Source of the DNA: Octopus bimaculoides
Lineage: Eukaryota
Reading direction: 5' to 3'
Assembly: GCF_001194135.2 (NCBI RefSeq)
Contig: NC_068984.1
Coordinates: 133,078,771-133,142,770 of the forward strand
Length of the DNA: 64,000 nucleotides
The stretch's first letter is position 1. Each line of letters opens with the position of its first letter. The notes under the pieces were generated by a model that was not told the DNA's origin, did no database searches, and saw only the letters and a program-made list of their open reading frames with translations. The position numbers and the translations under genes are program-made. Of the stretch, positions 37,332 to 51,254 are shown piece after piece.

Positions 37332-37712
37332 TTGTTGGCACTCTCTGCTGCTTACGACGTCGAGAGTTCCAGTTGATCCGATCAACGAAACAGCCTGCTC
37401 GTGAAATTAACGTGCAAGTGGCTGAGCACTCCACAGACGTGTACCTTTAACGTAGTTCTCGGGGATATTCAGTATGACACAGTGTGACAAGGCTGACCCT
37501 TTGAATTACAGGCACAATAGAAACAGGAAGTAAGAGAGAGAGAAAGTTGTGGGGAAAGAGTACAGCAGGGTTCGCCACCATCCCCTGCCAGAGCCTCGTG
37601 GAGCTTTAGGTGTTTTTGTTCAATAAACACTCACAACGCCCAGTCTGGGAATCGAAACCGTGATCCTATGACCACGAGTCCGCTGCCCTAACCACTGGAC
37701 CATTGCGCCTCC
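37332..37712 (-). mobile_element. Full-length tRNA-derived SINE family C with TSD
   Basis: 11-bp TSD TCCTAATATTT at 37321-37331 and 37713-37723; collinear with 60737-61111. Confidence 0.95.
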
Positions 37713-38309
37713 TCCTAATATTTACTTCAGAGAGAAATTTAAGTAAGATAGATGTCCTCAATGTAAAAAAAAAAGAGAACAATTACTGGTGGTTAGAGGA
37801 GTTCCAAGAGTAGTAGTGATAGTCAGATTAATTTAAAAGAATGTGTTTATGCATGTGGCTTTTTTGGGGCGTAAGTGAAATGAATAGGAATGTAACTAAG
37901 TAAAGAATGCATGTGTATAAAATTACCACATTATAATGGACACAAGTGTAAACAAATACTACTGTATCCATAACTACCACCCTCAACTGTCAATGTTTGG
38001 ATGTGGAAGTGAAAAGTGATCTTTTGATGATTTACTAAACTAAATGTTATTGGTGGTGAATATTATGAGCCATGGTTGTAGGGTCTTTCTGGGATTTGTT
38101 AATGTTACATGTATGCATTAGATATGAAGATGTGTGGTTATTTATACACCAGAGATAAAGATTTGTCTGAAGCACAGAATAAAAATAGCCTCAGATTGTT
38201 GTTTTGGTGTTGTTGTTTTGTTTAGCTTAAGGTAAGCTCTGTTTTAGCAGACCTATTATCATACATGTTCCAGCTGTGACCAACCCATTTTTTTCTTTAT
38301 CTAGGACTA

Positions 38310-38393
38310 CATGTCTATGGACACCGGCTCCCTCTTATCTCTTGGATCAGAAGCTTCCTGTTAGATCAAACTATCATAGAATATGCTAATGGA

Positions 38394-38439
<46 letters not shown>

Positions 38440-38880
38440 AGTCTCTCTCTCTCCCTCTCCCTCTCTCTCTCTCTCCCTCTCTTCCTCCCCCCCCCTCTCT
38501 CTCAAGGTTTGCTGGTGTCCCCATACTCTTCATTCTGTGTTTTCACAATCTATTTACAACACCCACTCATATGCAAATGATACCGCCCTTCACTCCTCAG
38601 CTTTATGTAAATAAGTTTCATCCACCTGCAATCTAAACACCGAATCTGCAATGGCGTTATATCAATCATGGCACTCTTTTAACCACCACCACGCTTTAGT
38701 TCGGGACAACACACAACAAATAAAGCCTTCAAAATTACTACAAATATTACACATCACAATCTTTGATGTTTCTCTCCTGGCAGTCTCACATCAAAAACTG
38801 CATCCCAAAGGCTCAACTGCCTTTTTAGGGCTGGATAATACTTCAGCTTCCATCTATTCATTTTTGCCTCCCACTATTCT
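38310..38880 (+). mobile_element. Decayed CR1-clade LINE reverse-transcriptase fragment split by (TC)n
   Basis: Remnants ISWIRSFLLDQ...NGVLS, QGLLVSP (PQGSxLSP position) and HSYANDTALH (YADD position). Confidence 0.7.
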
Positions 38881-38929
38881 TGGGAGGGTTGCAGGAGTAG
38901 ACTTTTCAGATACCTCCTCCAAAGGGTCC

Positions 38930-39130
38930 TATTAGGAACAGCTGTCTTTAAATTTTTCGGCTGGATTCCCTAGCGTGCCCAACTGAGACAATGGATGTTA
39001 TCCAACCATCTTGCTTATGGTCTATCTTTAGGTCTTCTACTGGTTGACTTGGCTTGAAGAATTTGTCTTATGATCCTTCCCTACACCATTCTAACCATCA
39101 TGTGATCTCTTAATGTAGAATGCTGCTAAT
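38930..39130 (-). mobile_element. RTE LINE C-terminal fragment
   Basis: Minus strand reads RRPKDRP*ARWLDNIHCLSWAR*GIQP, matching the RTE RRPRGRPRxRW motif. Confidence 0.6.
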
Positions 39131-39314
39131 TCTACAAAGCTCAGGAGAGACCCTTGAACACTGCTCCACATTTGTGATGACGATGGTGATGATGACAACA
39201 ATGATGAGATGACACAGCACGCATGGATATCTTAGCCTGTATCTCCCAAAAAGGAACACCCAACATGTTTGCTTGGAGTCACTCACCAATTAACTCTAAT
39301 CTCCTTAATCTCTC

Positions 39315-39662
39315 TTAATCTCTCTGACTGGCTCCCATGCCAGTGGCATGTAAAAAGCAACATTTGAGCATGGTCAATGCCAGTGCCACCTGAATGGTTC
39401 TCGTGCCGGTGGCACATAAAAAAGCACCATTCAAGCATTGTCGATGCCAGTGTCACCTAACTGGCCCCCATGCTGGTGGCACGTAAAAAGCACCCACTAC
39501 ACTCTCGGAGTGGTTGGCATTAGGAAGGGCATCCAGCTGTAGAAACACTGCCAGGTCAGATTGGAGCCTGGTACAGCCTTCTGGCTTGCCAGTCCTCAGT
39601 CAAACCGTCCAACCCATGCCAGCATGAAAAGTGGATGTTAAATGATGATAATGATGATGATA
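39315..39662 (+). mobile_element. RTE-LINE 3' UTR tail with 3-4 internal sub-repeats
   Basis: Repeated (GT)GCC(A/G)GTGGCA(C/T)(G/A)TAAAAAGCA; TAGGAAGGGCATCCAGCTGTAGAAAC; (GAT)n end. Confidence 0.9.
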
Positions 39663-39839
39663 TAGTGCCCTCTGCTACTTGGAGCTGGTTGATCTCTTAT
39701 TATCACCTAGGCCTATTTGATGTACTCATCTCCTGCTACTCATTATGTGTACCTCCACTAAGCTCCTCACTTATCACTTCATGCAATTTTTTGTCCCCAG
39801 ACCATTGGCTCTATGGAATTTCTATAGAATTGTCTGTCA

Positions 39840-40225
39840 TACTTCTTTTCTTCTTGTTTCAATCATTGGACTGTGGCCATGCTGCACCACCATATTGAAG
39901 GGTTTAGTCAAACAAATTGACCCTCGTACTTCTTTTTAAGTCTGCTACTTATTTTATTGAACTATTTTGTTGAACCACTAAGTTATAGGGATGTAAACAA
40001 ATCAATGCCAGTTATCAAAGGGAAGAAAACACACACACACACACACACACACATATGATGAGCTTCCACACAGTTTCTGCTTACCAAATTCACTCGCAAG
40101 GCATTCCATCTCTTGTCACCCATATTATTTACTATTCAGCGCTATAGATGAAGACACTTGTTCAAGGTACCATGCTGTAGGACTGAACCCAAAACCACAT
40201 GGTTGCAAAGTGAGCTCCTTAACCA
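39840..40225 (-). mobile_element. Family A CORE-SINE
   Basis: Reverse-complement 3' module, (CA)n and head. Confidence 0.85.
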
Positions 40226-40734
40226 CAAAAATAAAAATAATAATATTTGTCATTGATGAATATTGCTTTTCCATCCTCATATATTTATTTCAAGTTGGCA
40301 TTTACTGCTTCCCCACATTAGATATTTTAACATTAACTTGCATGGAATTCCACAACTTTGACTGCTATTTATCAGCTAAATCATCATCTCATTTAAATAT
40401 CTTTTTATCAACCTACAACGTTCATAATTCTCTCATTATGTCGTCCTTAAGTACTAATATTCATAACAGCACAATCATTTGTTTGAGAGGGAAGAGTGGA
40501 AACTAACTGGGGTGTTTAGAGAATTATTATTAGATCATACATAAAATGATAATATAAAATCTAATGTTAATTTTTCCTAGATATGCAAGGGGTGGTGCTT
40601 ATTTCATAGCATTAAGTAGATTAGAGATAAATGTTGGGTAGAATGCCAGTCTAATTCAGGTAACATTCATATGTAATTCGCTAACTATTCCTCTCTCTTT
40701 AACTACTAAATCAACTGAGGCAATGTTGAATAAA

Positions 40735-40895
40735 ATATTTTACATTCTGAGTTCAAATTCCACCGAGGTCGACTTTGCCTTTCATCCTTTCGGGGTCGAT
40801 GAATTATGTACCAGTTGCATACTGGGGTCAATCTAATCGACTGCCCCCCTCCCCCAAAATTTCAGGCCCTGTGACTAGAGTAGAAAAGTATATAT
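40735..40895 (+). mobile_element. 5'-truncated family B SINE
   Basis: TTCTGAGTTCAAATTCCACCGAGGTCGACTTTGCCTTTCATCCTTTCGGGGTCGAT. Confidence 0.9.
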
Positions 40896-41191
40896 ATTTT
40901 ACTCCGTTATCGTCATCACTTTCACACATGCTTTTTCTGTACTGGCATGAATTGATCAAGAAGTACTGAGGTTGTATTCTACAGCCAGATACCTTTTCTG
41001 GTGCCGACTGTTAATTTTTTTAATTTTTTTATTCAAGTGTAGTGTCTGATTCTACTCTCCAAAGCTTAATTGTTGAACTACTAGACTTTATGTTTTGGAT
41101 ATAAACTTGTCTTCAAGGTCACTAAAATTCAGAGACAAACATACATGCATGCTCACACACACACACATACACTCACACTCATACATTATAT

Positions 41192-41238
<47 letters not shown>

Positions 41239-42964
41239 TATACATTCACACACATATGATCAGCTTCCATGCAATTTCTGTCTAACAAATTTTGCTCACA
41301 AAACTTTCATTAACCTGTAGTTTTAGAAAAAGACTACACCAAGGTGTCATGCAGTGGGATTGAACCTGAAAGCATGTAGTTGGGAAGCAAACTTTTCAAC
41401 CTTACAACTATACCTGTTCCCATAGTGATACTCTGCTTATAGCCATGCTTGTGCCTGCTGTCTTACTTACAGCTCTAGGTTTGCCTCCTTTTACAAAATT
41501 GCTTAGACTGGATTTGAACTCCTTGCTTATGTGCAAGTTGTTTAATGCTTTGTCCACTAAAACCATATCATAGCTACATAGTCAACCTGCTTCTCGATTT
41601 ATTTCATAAGTGTTTGATCATAAACAGCAGCTAATTTCCATCCTGCAACCTTGCTATGTCCTTTCAATTATTCTTAGGTCTTGTAGTAAATTTTGTGTCC
41701 TGAACAAAGCTAGTAATTAAGTAAATCTGAATATTATTTTATGAAATAAATTGCTTTATATTTAAACGTTTTGCTGTGTAAAACTTTTATAGAAAATGTA
41801 AAACATATTGATTAATGACAATCCTGATCTGATTGAGTTCAGAAATGATTGATAAAAACCTATTCCAGTTACACACTAGTCTTGCACTCATTGACATATT
41901 GTTTTTCTTATGATGTAAATTATCTTTCAAACGGTCCTTTTATTCCAAGATAAGAATAAATACATTGCTTTGCAAATTTATTGTCCTGTATGTTTTCGCT
42001 ATTCTTTTTTATTTTATTTTTTTTTGTTTGTTTGTTAGTTTGTTTCTCTGTCTACTAACATTATTTCCCCAGCCTGATCACTTTACCACAAGTCTGGGAG
42101 TGACTCATCAAGCAAGCTATAGGTTTGTCCCTCGCATCCTTATAAATGAATGAATGATGTTATGTTATTAACGTCATTCATTCATAAAAGTACAGTCGAA
42201 AGGACATACAATCACAACTATTTCCCTTCTCCACTTCTTCACTCACATCAATGCACTTTTGACAGAGTGGCAACAGAAATGTTATCTTGATTTTGATTAA
42301 TTACTCTTTAACCACTTAACAAGAGTTCAGAATCTGATGAAGGTATTGTACAAAATAGCTTTTGACGTAATTCCTTCTATATGCTAACTAATGCAATCTA
42401 GGGAATATTGCACAAACAATTTCCTGCTTGTAAATTGCATGTGTGTGCTTGTGTGTATGTATGTGTTTAGAACACAGACATTAGATTGGAAATGATTAGC
42501 AAATAAAGCATCTGGTTGTTTTTCAATCCAATTTAACAATGCAATTTTATGCCTTCGAAATATAAAATATTTTTTTTGAGTTGCACATGATGAGTTATTT
42601 GGTATTAGTGGCTGAGGTAGCAATAAGTAGGACTTCAATAATGTGATTTCCTTAATGTGTATGAGAGTTTATGGAGTGTATATATGTATACATTGAAGTG
42701 TGTCAGCATATATGTATATCATCATCATTATCATTTTTACATCTGTTTTCATTACTGACATGGACTAGTTCAAGCCAATGCAGTTTGAGTCAGTTCTTAT
42801 TTACAATCACCACTCTCCCTGGATGAGTCAGTGAGCCACACCTTACTTGCACATTTTGTTATTGGCATTGTTTCTATGGCAGGTAGCCCTTCCTAACACT
42901 AATTATCTTACAATGTGTACCTTATATTGTAACAGCAACACTACATATGCATGTGTGTATATAT

Positions 42965-43185
42965 ATCATTGTCATCATCATTATCATCATCATTTAACGT
43001 CCACTTTCCATGCTGGTATGGGTTAGACAATTTGGATGGAACAGGTAAGCTGGAGGGTTGCACCAGGTTCCTGTCTGATTTGGCATGGTTTCTACAGCTG
43101 GATGCCCTTCCTAACACCAACCACTTTGAGAGTGCTTTTTACATGCCACTTAACATAATACCGGTAATGGCCACGATTACACTTT
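42965..43185 (-). mobile_element. RTE-LINE 3' tail
   Basis: (CAT)n then TTTCCATGCTGGTATGGG...CAGCTGGATGCCCTTCCTAAC. Confidence 0.85.
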
Positions 43186-43189
43186 CACT

Positions 43190-44100
43190 TGGCTTGGCAA
43201 GTATTCTCAAATCTTCTGTTTTGCTGCATGTTGGTTACATATTCTATGATCAGGGAAGACTGATCTGTAGTGGACAAAATCTCTTCAGGCACCTTTCTTG
43301 TAGAATTTAGTATGGTTAGCCCCTTTCTTTGTAATTTTGAATTGGAGGTCAAGTAAAAGAAGGGATCCAGTGTTACTAGGATGTTCAATACTGAAATCTG
43401 TGTGGTCATCTATGCTTAGAAGCATTTCAAATACTAAGTTAGTTTCTTTACAAGATGTAAAGATGAATATATCATCCACATATCTGGCAAAGAAGTCATC
43501 AGTGACAAATGTTGAGCATTCAGTATTCCAACTAGTTCATATATGTGATGACTACTAGGTCCAGCAGACTGGATCTGATTGATAGACCTGACATCTGTTT
43601 GTAGGTTTGGTTGAGGAAATTGAAGTTAAGTGTTGCCTACAATGAAGGGCACAAGTTGTGATGATTGTGACAGGTGGTGAGATCGAAACAGTAGTGATTA
43701 GAGGAGAGTTTCAGTTGGTAAGGTCAACAGCTGGGAGAATGAGTACTGAGAGAGAGAGATTCAGAGACAGAGAGGGAGAGAGGTTATGTCAAGACTGAAG
43801 GCATACTTGTACTTTAGTTTTGGGATTCAAGTTGATTGTCGTTGCGTGACTTAGAGCTGCTGCTGTGTTCAAGAAAGATTTGGAGTGTTGGTTTTGAGAT
43901 CTGAGAGAAGAGCCAGGAAATCTTGTATAAAGGACCTTCAAAGATAGAGACAATGGGTTTGATTTTAAATTCAGGTCCTAGTTTGTGTTTTGATAAAATA
44001 TTGGAAGTCTGTTATTTCTAGTGGCAAGACTCCCTACACTTGGGTGGGAGTCTTCAGTAGTTGCAAATATCCTTCCACATCGGGTAGGGTGGAGTAATTT
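43190..44100 (-). mobile_element. Penelope-like element reverse-transcriptase remnant
   Basis: Ordered PLE RT motifs with stops and frameshifts: PIVS, SLDITSL, FLNQTYKQMSGLSIRSS (cf. YxQxxGLAMGS), FARYVDDIFI, FSIEHPSNTGSLLLLD, TKFYKK. Confidence 0.85.
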
Positions 44101-44349
44101 CTATGATTGCAATTTAATATATTAAAATACAATTTTTTTTTTTTAAATTGGTTATAATTCAGTAGTTGTGTATCAGATTTTTAAATGCTGATTATCATTG
44201 GTTGCTGTTATTACAGGCTTCTGTTGAGTCGTAGAGTAGGTGTAATTATATGTTTAAATGGTCAAGTAGTAATTAATGTGTAAATTTTAAACTATTCAGT
44301 GTTTTTTTTTTTTTTTTGTAAAAGAACAATTATAGGAAGAAAATCCTAT

Positions 44350-45500
44350 TCTGTATGTATCTCTATATGCAATTATTCTGGAAAAATAAACCCAGAAGAA
44401 TTAAATAATGAAATTCTCAAGAATACATAAACTACAGAATATATTCAATTGAATATAAGGTATTATGTTGCTAAGCTAGTATTGAATTATCTTTGAATGT
44501 TCTTCAGATGTAATTATGCTGATAATATCTAATATTAAATTGGTTTGCCGTTAATTCTATAATATCTACGCTATTCTGATTAATGTTAGATGTAGAAGTG
44601 ACTGCATAGATAAGTGATTTTTCTAGAACGTTGCTATTGGCTGGACATTTTGTGAATGGCAATTCCATTTGGTGTGTTGTGGTTTTTTTGAGGTGCTGAG
44701 GCATATTGTTTGAGAGCAATAAAAGGAACATAATCAAAGCAGGTCACCTTAGTGTGTTTTAAGCAACTAGAGGTACTTTCATATAAACCATGTATACATC
44801 TGATGATGAGCCTGGTGTTTTGGAAAGGGATAATTTGGAGGATTTTATCATGGGAATATTGCTAATAGAGACCTCATGGCTGAGAAGCAGAGGGAGAGAG
44901 GATTCTGAAAGTCATAGAGATCCTTTTGACAGAGGATGTAAAGGAGCGACTAATTTGAGAGACAGAACTTACTTGCTGTTATTCAGTTGTTACATTCTCA
45001 TTTTCCCTCAGGAGGTTATAACACGAGAATTGTTGAAATATATATACTACTACTAATTAGATGTGACAGCTCAGCCTACCATGAGCTATGGTTTGTAAGA
45101 AAACCTCTAAATGGTTGCAAGAATCTTTGTTAGAAGCAAAAATGCATCTCTAATTAACTGTAACCCATGTATGTATGTATATATACCCTCCAGATACTGT
45201 GTACTGAAGGAAATCATTAATGGAGGTAGTGGTGATGGGGTTATTGACAGAAGCAAGTGTTTATTTCTTAGCTATTGTCTCTCATCTCATTTAAGAAAAT
45301 CAATTAGGTCTTCTTTCTTAGATATTCTTCCTAAGAGCATCATCGTAAAATATGTTTCATCCTTGCCTCAAAAATGAAAGACATGCCTTGGCATAGCTGC
45401 TGGCAAGAAATTGTATGTTTTAAGTAGCTCTGGTTAATTATGTGTCCCCATTTGAAGATGTGTTGTCTTTAATAATCTTAATAGTCTGTCTAAAGTACGT
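44350..45500 (-). mobile_element. Second decayed Penelope-like element (RT to GIY-YIG)
   Basis: FYDDAL (about 45340; YRDDGL-like) and KCPANSNVLEKSLIYAVTS...IIELTANQFNIRYYQH (cf. CPLNxxCLxxxxIY...YIGxTxxxFKxRYxxH). Confidence 0.55.
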
Positions 45501-45756
45501 TTTTAAGAATGTCTTTACTGAGAGTAGCTAGTGAAAGGATGTTTTGTTTTTCATTGTCTACATGTGAAAACATTCAATAATATCCTACAGAAAGACTTAC
45601 TCAACATTACTTGCAACATTTTCCTAAACTGTGATATATAATCAAGTCTTTGGAATGTAAATAACTTCTCTTACTAATCGTAAACTGTCTTGCTATTCAA
45701 AGATGCTCTACTATATTGTATTCTGATATTGAATTTATTTAATTTACAATTTTCAG

Positions 45757-45893
45757 ATCAGGTTATTAAAGCTTGCTGTCAGACCTGTTTACTCTCTGAC
45801 AATTACTCTAAGATGCCTTAAAGCATAGCAGTTAAGCCAGTCAATTATGGATCCTACCCCTGACTTGGTATCTGCTGGTGACAAAAGCAAGAA
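45757..45893 (+). other. Candidate exon (5' UTR plus possible start MDPTPDLVSAGDKSK)
   Basis: Acceptor TTTACAATTTTCAG|, donor AA|GTAAGA, ATG at 45847 with an upstream in-frame stop; no homolog recognised. Confidence 0.3.
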
Positions 45894-46984
45894 GTAAGAC
45901 TGCTCATTGTTTTATTATTAGTATTCGTGTTTTTCTTGTTCAATATTCTTTATTCTTTTACTCTTTTATTGGTTTAAATCTTTGAAACGTGGGCATACTG
46001 GGGCACCACTTCGAGGGTCTTCAGTTGATCATATCACCCCCAGTAACTAAGTATGGTACTTATTTTATCAACCGCTGTTTATTGATTGGCTAAGTTTTCC
46101 TTGACATGAAGGGAAGGAGCTCCCTGCCTAAATACCAAAAGGTATTTTTGTTCAATACACACAAACACATTCACACACACTCAAACGTGCATGTGCACAC
46201 ATACACAAATGTGCATGCGCACACACACACACCATATTCATGGCTGGCTTCTACACAGTCTCCATTATTATCCAACCTAAGGTTACAGTAGAATGCATAT
46301 GCCCAAACCTCTAAACTACAATGCTATGCTTGTTTAGTTTTTTTCTTGTCTTGTTGTATATTGTTTGATGTTTCTTTGAGTTGTATTTGTTTTGTTGGTA
46401 CTTTTTTTTAAAGGGCTAGTTAGAATAATGTACTTTTTGTTTCTTTCTGTCTATATTTACTGTTGCGAGAAATATTCTTAGTTCTTTATAATATCCACAC
46501 AAGATTGGTATTCTTTAGCTACAGAATAAAGATTGCAAATTTAATCTCTTAAAATCCTATAACTTTGATTATTTTCATCTAAAACACTATTCAGTTAGGC
46601 TAGATAAGCTTAATATGTTGAAGTGAATTCTTGCTTTGTATTCTAGTATATTTCCCATAAGTTTAGTCGAGAGATTGTAAGAGAAGCTACATTGATGGAA
46701 TATTTATAAAAATATCAATTGTTAAAAATACTTGTTTTATGAGAAAACTGAGTGCATTAGAATGTCTATCAAGTTTTTTTGGTAGTGAATGTGATAAGTT
46801 GTAGAATTTTGATTTTTATCAATGTGTTTTTGTTATTTAATTCACTTGATTTTTGTACCACCTGCCTGAAAATCAAATAAAACCTCCTAAGGTTTGCCTC
46901 TCCATTTAAAATGTATTTGATAAACTTATTATAAAAATTGCTTGTATTTCAATTTAGATGAATAGTAAAATAATAAAGTCATCA

Positions 46985-47238
46985 TCATTGTCTTAATGTC
47001 CATTTTTCTATGCTTACATGGAGCAGGCAGATTTTGTTGAGGCACAGTTTCTATAGCTTGATGCTCTTCCTGTTGCCAGTTTTCACCTGTGTCCAAACAA
47101 TGTGATATTTCCCAATATTAAACATATCTTCATGGAGAATTAGAAAAAAAAACCCACACCACTTCAATGGTGACGCTCATTTTCAACCATCATGCAATAT
47201 CAAGACAAGGAAACATAAACACACACACACACGTGCAT

Positions 47239-47294
<56 letters not shown>

Positions 47295-47445
47295 CAGGCT
47301 TGTTTCAATTTCAGTCTCTCAAATCCACTTAGAAGGTTTTGTTCAGCCCAGAGCCATAATAGAAGACCAAAGTACTATGCAGTAGGGCGGAACCCAAAAC
47401 CATGTGGTTGGGAAGCAAACTTCTTAACCACACAGCCATGCCTAC
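46985..47445 (-). mobile_element. Composite RTE-tail / (CA)n / family A SINE head repeat
   Basis: Same layout recurs at about 15360-15740, 18625-19015 and 49590-49930. Confidence 0.75.
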
Positions 47446-48710
47446 TCACATGGAGTAATACTGAAAAATAAAAGACTAATTTCTGTTTCACTCTGTTAAT
47501 TTTTAATTAAAGAGGTAACTCATACCACTTGCCAAGTAAGAATTGATTGCTTAGCTTCATTCACACTGAAGTAGTTACCTTTCTGTTGTCAACATCTCTA
47601 AAGGATTATTAATTGCTCTTGTTAAATCCAGATCTTCTAACTCATCAGTTTAGAAAGACTTTTGTAAACTTACTAAATCCTATCTGTTATTAGTCTGATG
47701 GCTTACATCTTCTGTTGCCTCATATTGTTTTTAACAAACTAGTAATTACCTTGACAAACATTACACTCTTTCTGACAGTTGTTCACCATCAGCTTTAGAA
47801 GAGCTGCAATGAGATTTCCCAAAGCTATTAAACAATGTGAAGTGAATGGCTTCAGCTGGAAGTCAAAATCAGGTCATAGATTTGGCTTACTGAAGGCTTA
47901 CTGCACTGTTGTTAGTTATAATAATTTATTTTTCAAAGATTGCCATCAAATGTCTTTTTACTTTATTCATCACGTCATTAGCATCCTTATGCTAATTACT
48001 TAACTCCCCCCCCCCTAATCTTATTTACTGTTGTTCCTCTGAAGATAACTGCCTGTTATAATTTACTAATTGCAGCCATAATGTCATCATTAATATGGAT
48101 GTTCAGTACTTGTGAGATGTCAGTTTAAAAATCTCTGATAATAAACACAGCAAGCCGGTGAGTTAATGGCCAGTTAGCATTAACTGTTGCAATATTATAG
48201 CTTAAGGTTGATGTAAATTCTTGTAATCACCTACTTTATGGTAAGTACTGAATGAACCAACAAAATCAAATACAAATGTAAATGAAGAATTAAGCATCTT
48301 TCTCTAACTTGAAGATTGATCGATTGATTGATTACAAAGTCCCTTAATCTTTTGTGAGCTGTTTGGTTGGACATTAATGAGGTGTCTGAATTATTTCTAT
48401 TTAGAGTTTTAATAGCAGCCAATCATCTCCTGGTTAGGATTTGAGCTGTGGGCTGTGAACTACACAAATGTTATGTCAAGCATCAAGCCAGATATCTCTT
48501 CTGCACTTACATTTCTCTTCTTCTTTAATTTATCTGTTCAACTTTGGTAATATTAGACAGATAAAAAGCTAAGATAATCTAAGTACAAGTTCAACCACAT
48601 ATTCCAAACTCATTTTGGCTCTTTTCTGAACAAAATTGGTCAGTTAGAGGTAACTTGGCTGACAGTCATCCTGTTAGTAATTTAGATTAAATTGAATGGT
48701 TAATGAGACC

Positions 48711-48761
<51 letters not shown>

Positions 48762-50126
48762 AACCTCGCAATGATGATGCTGACTTGTGGCTTATTTATT
48801 AGTCTAACATATCTTGACACTAATCTCATTTGAATATATCCTATGTTACAGATGAGGCAAAGCTTAATTCATACTTCTTGTCACTAAGCCACCATCATTG
48901 ACACTACCTCTGTGTATCATTTGTCACAATTGTCCTGTAATTTATTTAAACTTTTTGTCACTCACCTTCCTTATCATTGACATATCACGCCTACACAGAT
49001 AAGCTGCAAAAAGCAGTTGTATGTTATGAAACCCTACCCTTTCGCATTTGTATTCATACAAGTCTCTCAGGAAATTTGACTCTATTAGTAAACTGGCACA
49101 GATGATGATGATGAATCTACCAAACTCTCACCTACGAACAAAATATCACATGTATATAACCTACAGAGCTACTTTCTCTTTACCTCAACAACTTGTGATC
49201 TTACTCTGTCATACAAACTTGAAAGTCTGATGAATCTAGCTGTCTTTTCTCATTCTTCTCAATCTTTGAAAAGGAGCATTTCTACCTGAAATACCACAAC
49301 TTTTAAATTTTTTAAGGTAAAACTGTTATCATTGGTCTTATTATATTTAATCTATCCCCAACTGACTGCATTACAGTGGCTTTTCAAATTACTATTACAC
49401 ACATACACACACATACCTAAAACTGAGGCTTCCCTCTGACATTCATTCTAAGTTTTGTATCTTCATTTTTTCACAACTTTTAGTCATTGAGAAATGCTAT
49501 AGTTTCAAATAAATTAATGGACTTGTCTGAATATGTTGAATATTTTTTTCTCTGGTTTATAAATTCAAATGCATATGTCTGTATATCATCATCATCATTT
49601 TAACATTCACTTTCCAACCCTTGCTTTCTTTCCAAATTAGATAACATTTCTCCATGTCCCGACATGTTTTTCACAGAAGGTTGGACACAAACAACACTGC
49701 TTGCATGACTGTGATGCTTGTTTACAACTACCATGTAATGTCAAGACAGAGACACAAACACACATACATGTACATACACAGCAAGCATCTTTTTGATTTC
49801 AATCAATCACATCCACTCACAAGGTTTTGGTCAGCTGGGGCTATAGTAAAAAATATTTGTGCAAGGTTTCACATAATAGGACTGAACCTGAAACCATTTA
49901 GTCGAGAAGTAAACTTCTTAACCACACACCACCCATCCAGAATACACACACAAATGTACATACTCGGTCAGTGTTCATATAACTGTGCCAATGCTAGGTT
50001 AGATTATATACATTTCTATGACCAACTTATATTTAATGTAATTCTGTGTAAATAAACACACTTTCACACAGTAAACTAAAAACAATTCTACCCTGAACCA
50101 ACATATAGCGTGTGTGTGTGTGTGTG

Positions 50127-50161
<35 letters not shown>

Positions 50162-51254
50162 GAAAGGAGAAGAGAGAAATTTTTCTCTAATCAGTGGCTT
50201 CAGAACCTCTTGATATTAAAAACACATACAACTTATTTGCCGCAAATATTTTTGCATTGGTAGAATAATAACCAACTTGTAATATGTTTTTCTCAGTACT
50301 TTTTTGCATGTGTTGTTGTTGTTTGCAGCACTGTCGATGACACTATTTTTTTCTAACACTACTCTTGTAATATTTGTAAAACAGAAATTTTCTTTCAACA
50401 TCCTTTCCAAGCCTTGTTCCCAATGTTTGTGTTTAATAAAATCTGGATTGTTTATTCATACCAGTTTTAACAAATTCCAATAATCATTGCCACATTTGTT
50501 ACTCAAGTAGTTTTCTAGTCTCCTGTTGATTGACTTCACTTGGTCAGTTGCTTTATTACTGCACTGAAAAACTGAGCACATTGACTCCCTCCTGACTAAT
50601 AATTTCTATAATTTATTTCTGTTGGTTTAAACACTTGGCATTTGGGAAATTATATGTTTATGGGAAACCTCTCAAGACTGCATTGTTTATAAGTGTTCCT
50701 GACATATTATTTTATTGAGCTCTGAATGTTTGTATGTCTTTATGTTCAGAGCTCAAATTCTGCCGAAGTTGACTTTGCCTTTCATCCTTTTTGGGTCAAT
50801 AAAATAAGTACTAGGTGAACACTGGAGGGGGTCAATGTAATTGCCTTAACCCCACCCCTCAAAAACTGTCGGCTCTTTGCTAAAATTTAGGTACATAAAA
50901 TAAGTACTCAAGCTAGACCAAGCATCTAAAATCCAGTGTTGAGTAAAAGGATACAGGATCAATGGAAATAAGAACTGACTGAAGGTAATGTACAGGTGGA
51001 GCTAAGGAAAGTGTAATAAAATTTTTAAATGGACAGAGAGAATTGTAAGGCATCAAGTTATTTATTTTGTTATACTTATAAATAACACAAAACAAAACAT
51101 GAGGGATTGTTTATAAGATAGTTACACTACCTTACATACATTTCATTAACATAAGGTGATTGATGGTTACATAATGCAAATTACTTAGTCAAGACTTATT
51201 GTCAAATTGTTAGAGCAGTGCAACTTTTATGCATAATATTAATAGTTTGGGAAA

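Noticed and set aside
47750-48003. Open frames on both strands near 47750-47860 with splice-like ends
   Set aside because: No recognisable protein; the plus-strand version is out of phase with the 45893 donor
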